Shown here one piece after another: positions 14,344 to 19,842 of a stretch of 19,842 bases of DNA (the first letter of the stretch is position 1; each line of letters opens with the position of its first letter). The notes below the pieces were generated by a model. It saw only the letters and a list, made by a program, of their open reading frames with translations, did no database searches and had not been told where the DNA came from. The position numbers and the translations under genes are program-made. Source of the DNA: a virus. The stretch lies in IMG/VR virus record IMGVR_UViG_3300045988_179637, positions 1 through 19,842 of that record, one strand, 5' to 3'.

Positions 14344-15999
14344 CTATACCTTCAATTCGTAGGGCCGGGGCACGAGGCACACCCCACCGGGCACACGTTT
14401 CGACGCAAGTTTGCCCTCAAAGATCCTGCCGGGTTCGAAATCGCCAATGGTCAACTCGGACGCGACACTGCGAGGCATGCCGGCAATGTGAACTTCATTG
14501 ACGCCATCCACACGTTTGTCGATGTAGCACTTGGCACGCCAGTACAGGGCGTAAGTGAATGAGTACTCGTGTTTCCACAACCCCAGCTCCGAGGGATGTT
14601 CCATCAGTTCTCCGGTATTGGGGCGAAGTACGTGCACGGAGTCGGTGTCGGCATAAACGAAGTCATCCCCGAACGCCTGCGCGGCGGTGATGGTCTTCCG
14701 GCGGGCGTAGGCGGTGACGAACACCGAAACCGGTGTGTAGACGGGATCCTTGACCTCAGGTACACATTCGACGAGACGTATCACCCCGTTTTCGAGAATG
14801 GGGCGTTTGGAGCGAACCTCGGGGCGGGTGGCGAACTTGCCGTACAGGGAGTTGAGGTGCAGTTTCGCCAACAAACGGGCACCGCCCGTAGCAGCGGCCT
14901 TTATGGCCATGTAGTGGTCGATGTAAGCGTTGAAAAGACCAGTGCGGGTTTGAAAGTAGAAGCCTCCGTGCCATTCGATGATGTTCAAGTCGTAATGCTG
15001 TTGCCAGAGTTCCAAGTCAATGTTGGTGACAGTCAATGTCACGGGTTCCTCAATGACGGTGAGATATTCAGTGGCGGCAAAACGAGAATTGTTCTTGATC
15101 TGAATACAGGGCAACATACCCGGCCGAATGGTGGCGGTCAGGCTGATCTCAACAATGTATGTGCGCCACGGATCCGGACGCCCCTCGAAACGAATGGGCT
15201 GACCATATGGCAATTGCTGGGTGCGCATCGCCCACGGATAAATGGAGTTGTTGTCATACACATCCCCATTGCAGACAACAATTCGAGCATACTTCTCATT
15301 GAGGAATGTCCAGCCGCCACGATAAGCGCCGCGTATGAAGTCATCAACATCACGTTCCAGCACAGGTAGGGACACTTCCCAGTCCTTCGTGAGACGTTTG
15401 AAGGCTGCCAGGGAGTCGGAGCCGATCGTGAGTTTCGTATTACCCTCAGCGAGAGTATGTGCAACACACTTGGCACCAATGATGATATCGTGATCGAGGT
15501 AACGCCACTCCTCCACGGTCGGTTCGTACCCCACAGATCGGTCGGCGTCGTAGTCGATCTCGAGTTTCCGTTCCGCCAGCCCGTAAGTCACAGCCAGCGC
15601 CGAGATCGACAAGGGCAGTTTCTTCAACGAGTCAGCGAACACAACCTTTTGCCCATTGGGGAACAGGCAGGTGATCGTGTAATACTGGCCCATCTCCGAT
15701 ATGCACGTGGAGAACTGGCACTCGCGCAACAAGGAATCCTCATTCCACACCCAGCCACTACCCAGCAGATAGGACAAAATGAAGTCCCCGTCGAAAGCCA
15801 AATTGTGGAAGTAAATGCGATTGTAGGGCCCGTCCTGCACCCAATCGAGAAACGATTCAACGTCAAGGCCATGAACCACCTGTTCGCGTGTGACATCAGG
15901 TGTGACGGGCGCGATGCCCCAGCACCACACCCGGCAGTCATCGACCTTGTTGACAGTTTCGAAGTCAGCGAACCCCGCTACCTCATTCCTCGTCCCCAT
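14344..15999 (-). CDS. Protein-primed family-B DNA polymerase (phi29 gp2-like)
   Basis: Exo I DFETVNK (residues 12-18, as in phi29), Exo II YFHNLAFDGDFIL, Exo III YLDHDIIIG, motif A DNNSIYP, motif B KLHLNSLYGKF (phi29 has KLMLNSLYGKF), motif C YADTDSVH, KxY region KCYIDKRVDG. Confidence 0.97.
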   Translation of the reverse strand: MGTRNEVAGFADFETVNKVDDCRVWCWGIAPVTPDVTREQVVHGLDVESFLDWVQDGPYNRIYFHNLAFDGDFILSYLLGSGWVWNEDSLLRECQFSTCISEMGQYYTITCLFPNGQKVVFADSLKKLPLSISALAVTYGLAERKLEIDYDADRSVGYEPTVEEWRYLDHDIIIGAKCVAHTLAEGNTKLTIGSDSLAAFKRLTKDWEVSLPVLERDVDDFIRGAYRGGWTFLNEKYARIVVCNGDVYDNNSIYPWAMRTQQLPYGQPIRFEGRPDPWRTYIVEISLTATIRPGMLPCIQIKNNSRFAATEYLTVIEEPVTLTVTNIDLELWQQHYDLNIIEWHGGFYFQTRTGLFNAYIDHYMAIKAAATGGARLLAKLHLNSLYGKFATRPEVRSKRPILENGVIRLVECVPEVKDPVYTPVSVFVTAYARRKTITAAQAFGDDFVYADTDSVHVLRPNTGELMEHPSELGLWKHEYSFTYALYWRAKCYIDKRVDGVNEVHIAGMPRSVASELTIGDFEPGRIFEGKLASKRVPGGVCLVPRPYELKV

Positions 16000-17077
16000 G
16001 TTTCTTCTCTAGTTCCTTTTGGTACTTCACGGTACGCCGTTTCCGTTCACGCGCCCTCTGCGCACCCGCCTTCCGGATTCGTTTCTTGGCATCCTCATCC
16101 GAAGAAGCCTGGATCAGCGGTTTCTTGTGCACATACCCAGCAGCGGCGGAACGTGCCCTGGCCTCCGCGCGGCGCATGTTGTACCGGTCCTGCTCGGAAT
16201 ACTCAGGCTTGTACCATGACGGAGGCTCATTGAACAGCGGCTTGCGACGCCGCTTGTACAAGTCGCCCGGGGTGTAGCCGTCGGCCCAGTCGACGGCCCG
16301 TTTGATCTCTTCCTGTTCCCACCACAGCGCATCCTCGCGGTTCGCACGCTCGGTGGCCTCGGTCTGCGGGTCCAGAATGATCTGTGTCTCAATGTAGGCC
16401 AGCCGAAGGTTGCTGGAGAAGTTGCGGTTGAACAGCCACAGCATCTCGACCTGGGCACCAGTGAGTTGTTGCACCTTCGGCACCAGTGCCGGATAGACAA
16501 GCCCAACCATTTTCTCCATCGAGGCCCTCGCGGAAGCGATTCGTTTCTCCTTGTGCTCCCGGGTAAACACATTCTCATTCAACTCGGTGAGGCGCCGCAG
16601 AGAGTTCTCGTTGGTAATCTGGTGGGGCATGCGATTCACCTTCACCAGATCATCGGGTGAGGACTTCGGCACCCTTTCAGGATGAACGGATGGAATGACG
16701 ATTCTTCGCCAGTCACCGTAGCTGGAGTCAATGTTGGGGGAAGTGGCTCGTTCAATCTTCTCGAGTTTCCGCTTCACCCCAGCATTACGTTTCTTCTCGG
16801 ACTTCTTATACTTCCGCCACTGCTCAGAAGTGACGAACTTGCCGTTCCCGAGCATGACGAACGAGTTCTTTCGGGAATTGAATGATTCGAAGCGTTGAAT
16901 CGCCGCATCCAATTGCTTGTTGGTGTAACCGGCCATTTTCTTCTTGTCCAGCGGAGGGGCTTCAACAGCGGTGTGGCCTTCACGTTTCCAGTACTGAACC
17001 TTGCGCTTGGCCCTGTGGTGCAGCTTCGCGAGATACTCGCGCTTCTCCCGGAGATTCATGATGAAACGGGCCCCCAC
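15983..17077 (-). CDS. Putative terminal protein (priming protein); alternative start ATG 17059
   Basis: Highly basic and charged 364-aa protein immediately upstream of the protein-primed polymerase, overlapping it by 17 nt. Gene order terminal protein then polymerase matches phi29 and Cp-1. No sequence alignment was attempted, so the call rests on position and composition. Confidence 0.55.
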   Translation of the reverse strand: MGARFIMNLREKREYLAKLHHRAKRKVQYWKREGHTAVEAPPLDKKKMAGYTNKQLDAAIQRFESFNSRKNSFVMLGNGKFVTSEQWRKYKKSEKKRNAGVKRKLEKIERATSPNIDSSYGDWRRIVIPSVHPERVPKSSPDDLVKVNRMPHQITNENSLRRLTELNENVFTREHKEKRIASARASMEKMVGLVYPALVPKVQQLTGAQVEMLWLFNRNFSSNLRLAYIETQIILDPQTEATERANREDALWWEQEEIKRAVDWADGYTPGDLYKRRRKPLFNEPPSWYKPEYSEQDRYNMRRAEARARSAAAGYVHKKPLIQASSDEDAKKRIRKAGAQRARERKRRTVKYQKELEKKHGDEE

Positions 17078-17097
17078 CCGTGAAGGGTGAGGGCCCG
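17068..17097. other. 12-bp-stem hairpin GGGCCCCCACCC-GTGAA-GGGTGAGGGCCC (one mismatch) that covers the candidate terminal-protein start region
   Basis: Read directly from the sequence. On the minus strand it is followed by GTTTCATCATG. Confidence 0.5.
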
Positions 17098-17120
17098 CCC
17101 TGTTCCCCTTCTGCGCGGCA

Positions 17121-17618
17121 TCAATCAGCGATCTTGAGGGTCAGGAACGACCTGGCCCCACGCCCCTTCACCTTCGCAGCGACAACCCGGATCGGCTCTT
17201 CCCAGGTAGAGGGATGGCCGGCGAGGCCGATGAGCTGCTTCAGATCACTCATGACCACCTCCGACATGGTCGCGTACGACTTCCCTTCAACGTCGTCGAC
17301 GAGCACAAGGCGAACGCCGGTGCGGGTCTCGAAGTGACCGGGGCGGGTTTCGGCCTGGAAATCAACCACGGTCGCCACGTAGTGGCGCAGGTTGATGACG
17401 GTGCCGATGTTCTCCTCGAGCGGCTCGGCATCGGAGTTCACCTTGTAGAGCCTCACGGCGTTGGCGGGATTGAGGTCGATGCTGGTGGCGACCCCGCTGG
17501 TGGGGTTCGCCAAGGCGCGGATGGAGTCGAATGCGAACTGGCGCGACCCTGCGGGGACGAGTGCCGGGTCGGTGACGATCTCGGCGTCGACGGTAGCGAT
17601 GGAAGTGGACTCAGTCAT
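17121..17618 (-). CDS. Hypothetical early protein (165 aa); possible DNA-binding replication accessory protein by position only
   Basis: Clean ORF on the operon strand, just upstream of the terminal protein. No motif recognised. Confidence 0.5.
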   Translation of the reverse strand: MTESTSIATVDAEIVTDPALVPAGSRQFAFDSIRALANPTSGVATSIDLNPANAVRLYKVNSDAEPLEENIGTVINLRHYVATVVDFQAETRPGHFETRTGVRLVLVDDVEGKSYATMSEVVMSDLKQLIGLAGHPSTWEEPIRVVAAKVKGRGARSFLTLKIAD

Positions 17619-17920
17619 GACAGTTTTCCTTTCAGCAACGTGACTGTTTTTTCTTCTTTGAGGAAGTCCGGTACGGCTTCCTCCCCCAGCATCCCAATCA
17701 AGTAGCTGGGTGTGACGGTGAAGTCCTCACCCCGCGGGCCGATGCCTCGGAGGGTGGTGACGTAGCCGTCGGTTTCGGCGATGATCGTGACGTGCCCGAT
17801 CATCGTCAGTCTTGTGGTGATCATACCCGACAGGGTCTCGGTGACTTGGTAGGCGGCACGCCATCCGGCTGCTCTCACGGCTTCCGCCCAGGCATGAGGT
17901 TCAAACGGCTCGAAGTGCAT
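17615..17920 (-). CDS. Hypothetical early protein (101 aa)
   Basis: Start ATG 17920 with a GGGAG ribosome-binding site 7 nt upstream. The Ser/Gly/Cys-rich N-terminal part of the 143-aa ORF looks like an out-of-frame artefact. ATGA overlap with the downstream gene at 17615. Confidence 0.45.
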   Translation of the reverse strand: MHFEPFEPHAWAEAVRAAGWRAAYQVTETLSGMITTRLTMIGHVTIIAETDGYVTTLRGIGPRGEDFTVTPSYLIGMLGEEAVPDFLKEEKTVTLLKGKLS

Positions 17921-18137
17921 CACGCAACTCCCGTCTCCCATGACCGGTGATGACGAGCCGGTCACCATGGAAGGCGATCCAGTTCTGCTCGATGGCGCGC
18001 AGCAGGATCCTGCGGCGCACACCTGCTTTGCCGATGTGGTACTCACCGGGACCCCAGCCGAGCCTGACCGTATGATGCCAAGTCATGGAACCGAACTTTT
18101 CGAGCCGGGACAGCACCTCGATGATATAATCACGCAT
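17901..18137 (-). CDS. Small putative winged-helix DNA-binding protein (78 aa)
   Basis: MRDYIIEVLSRLEKFGSMTWHHTV...RRRILLRAIEQNWIAFHGDRLVITGHGRREL resembles helix-turn-helix plus a beta-hairpin wing. Codon usage in this frame is gene-like. The start is 2 nt after the upstream stop. Confidence 0.4.
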   Translation of the reverse strand: MRDYIIEVLSRLEKFGSMTWHHTVRLGWGPGEYHIGKAGVRRRILLRAIEQNWIAFHGDRLVITGHGRRELRDALRAV

Positions 18138-18699
18138 CACCGTCAACCCCCCGATTGAAGGCCTCCAGGAACTTGGCCAGTTCAATGACCTCTTCAGGGG
18201 TGGCGCCCATGGATGCCAGATTGGCAAGCGAATCGTGTTCCACGCTGTGGGTGGCCGGCATGATCGGGAATTCACAGTCGTGGATCAGGCGCCACAGGTA
18301 GCCGATTTCTGCCGGATTGAACCTCCAGGACCGGCTGAACACCGACTCCAGGTAGAATGTGGCGCACTCATCGAAGAACGGCACATCGAGGTTGAGGAAG
18401 TCCTTGACGCCGTACACCAAGTTCAGATGAGCATCAGGGTCGAGGGTTTTGCGGGACAGCAGGAACTTCACAGGGTCCTGTTCATACCACAGTTCCACGA
18501 TGTAATCCCTGTCGAACAGGAACTCATGAGGGCAGGTGATGAGATAGTTCTCGAACTCAGCTCTTCCGAGCTGTCCGGCAGCTCGTTCGAGATTCTGGGG
18601 ATCGTCGCTTTTCTTGGCGATGACATGTTTGAACATGTCTGTTGCGAACTTGATCACTTTGTTTTTGATGTCACTCATTTTCTTCATTCCTTTCTTCAT
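18130..18699 (-). CDS. Hypothetical early protein (189 aa; alternative start 18678 giving 182 aa); somewhat lower GC than the late genes
   Basis: Long clean ORF on the operon strand with an AAGAAAGGAA ribosome-binding site. No recognisable domain. Confidence 0.55.
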   Translation of the reverse strand: MKKGMKKMSDIKNKVIKFATDMFKHVIAKKSDDPQNLERAAGQLGRAEFENYLITCPHEFLFDRDYIVELWYEQDPVKFLLSRKTLDPDAHLNLVYGVKDFLNLDVPFFDECATFYLESVFSRSWRFNPAEIGYLWRLIHDCEFPIMPATHSVEHDSLANLASMGATPEEVIELAKFLEAFNRGVDGDA

Positions 18700-18769
18700 T
18701 CTTGCCGGCGAAACAGTCCGCCATCAATTTAATGTATGACCTGATCATGGCCACACAATCCCCCCTTCC

Positions 18770-19507
18770 TCACCAAACGAAAGGCGAGCACTCATACAAT
18801 TCATCAACCGCGTTGCCCAGTCCTTTCCGTTCAGCATCGGCATACCCCTTTTCGACAAACCACTCCCACCATGCATTCATGAGAGTTTCCACATACTTCA
18901 ACTGCGCATGGACACCAAGATTACCGGTCCATCCGGGCGGAAAAAGCATGACGACATCCGCAAGAGCGAGAACCGTGTCCAGGCTGAAGGACGCCCCAAC
19001 GAGTGCCCGGACATGAAAACCAGGATCCAGAAGTTGCGTGTACCAGGCTCTGATCGCCGCGAAGGATGGCACAGTCTCCAACGGATGGCTGTAACAGGCG
19101 GAAGTGATGTCATCCACGAAACGTTCAGCCTCCAGAAGGCGGAGCCCCTCGTAGCCGACAGAGACGAAATCCGTGTGAAGCTGCTGAAAACCACCGTAAC
19201 GCCTGAAAGTGACAACCGATTCCCGGCATGCAATGGCGATGTCCTCGGCGTATGGCCAGTCGAGCATGAACCATGCAAGAATGGTGTCCAAACGGGGACT
19301 CTTCTCCCATGCGGCTCTGATCGTACAGGCAACTGAAAAGGCCAGTCCTGGTTCGGCATTGTCGTCGATCAAAAGGTTGGTGAGGCTGTCGGTGCCCTCA
19401 CGGCAGGCTCGCAAAATTCCTTCCATGTTGACCCACCCGTCACAGTGTGTGAAGTCCAGCAGCGTGAAGATCTTGCGTTGTACTGCGAGTTCCACCAGGT
19501 TGTTCAT
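18770..19507 (-). CDS. Hypothetical early protein (245 aa); start codon ATGAACA lies inside the right terminal repeat
   Basis: Driven by the inward promoter copy in the right terminal repeat. AAAGGA ribosome-binding site inside the repeat. No recognisable domain. Confidence 0.6.
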   Translation of the reverse strand: MNNLVELAVQRKIFTLLDFTHCDGWVNMEGILRACREGTDSLTNLLIDDNAEPGLAFSVACTIRAAWEKSPRLDTILAWFMLDWPYAEDIAIACRESVVTFRRYGGFQQLHTDFVSVGYEGLRLLEAERFVDDITSACYSHPLETVPSFAAIRAWYTQLLDPGFHVRALVGASFSLDTVLALADVVMLFPPGWTGNLGVHAQLKYVETLMNAWWEWFVEKGYADAERKGLGNAVDELYECSPFVW

Positions 19508-19842
19508 TTTTTGTTCCTTTCGACGTGTCCTACTCTACGGCCCCGCCCCACCCCTGGCAATAAATGAACATTCCATATTGCACAGTTTGCTGTTGCAAGG
19601 GTTGGACAGGACAGCACAAGATGTTATGAAACCGTTACGAACTAGAAGGTTCTAGGTGTTGCGAGAAGAGAAGAAGTATGTAATAATAGATGCATGATGA
19701 CGTACACGAGTGGATTTGTCTGAACGAAAAACGAGCAGCGTCAAGGGGCCCGTCCGTAATTGGACCAGCCCCTACGTGTGTTTGTGTTGGTAAGGCCTGG
19801 GAAAGAAGGGCCATTTTTTGTGACCAAAAAATGAACAACCTG
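19501..19842. repeat. Right inverted terminal repeat (342 bp)
   Basis: Reverse complement of 1-342. Long terminal repeats are typical of protein-primed linear genomes. Confidence 0.95.
19525..19577 (-). promoter_or_regulatory. Mirror copy in the right terminal repeat of the promoter (-35 TTGCCA, -10 TAGAGT on the minus strand), driving the 245-aa gene
   Basis: Identical sequence to 266-318 by terminal-repeat symmetry. Confidence 0.6.

Noticed and set aside
1-19842. tRNA, rRNA, integrase or transposase genes
   Set aside because: No cloverleaf-like conserved tRNA features were seen, and no recombinase-like ORFs. The genome content is purely that of a lytic phi29-type phage.

Overview
The window appears to be a complete linear dsDNA phage genome of 19,842 bp and roughly 60% GC, of the phi29/Cp-1 type: a protein-primed podovirus. 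It is bounded by perfect 342-bp inverted terminal repeats (positions 1-342 and 19501-19842, reverse-complementary). Core genes are recognisable by sequence motifs. These include a family-B protein-primed DNA polymerase (motifs DFETVNK, YFHNLAFDGDF, DNNSIYP, KLHLNSLYGKF, YADTDSVH). A basic terminal protein sits just upstream of it. The structural and packaging genes are a gp16-like DNA-encapsidation ATPase, a gp8-like major capsid protein, a gp10-like 309-aa connector, a gp9-like tail knob, a gp12-like beta-helix appendage, a gp13-like lysozyme plus M23 tail hydrolase, and a putative scaffold and lower collar. A lysis cassette lies inside the structural block: a LAS/M15 metallopeptidase followed by two small membrane proteins. 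Layout: a short rightward early arm (336-2876, + strand) carries three paralogous small genes, one further hypothetical gene and a winged-helix (wHTH) gene. A single long leftward block (19507 to 3480, - strand) carries right-end early genes, then terminal protein and polymerase, then morphogenesis, lysis and tail genes, ending with the packaging ATPase. The two arms converge on a 550-bp non-coding zone (2930-3480). Each terminal repeat contains an inward-facing sigma70-like promoter, and the start codons of both terminal genes (ATGAACA) lie inside the repeat. A third copy of this promoter sits at about 920, preceded by a 26-bp palindrome. The items most worth follow-up are the early paralog family, the promoter and operator system in the repeats, a repeat of the terminal 18-mer at the inner edge of the right terminal repeat, and the non-coding zone, which is a candidate packaging-RNA (pRNA) locus. 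The high-GC, probably actinobacterial, host is an inference. All homology calls rest on memory of phi29 protein sequences and were not searched.
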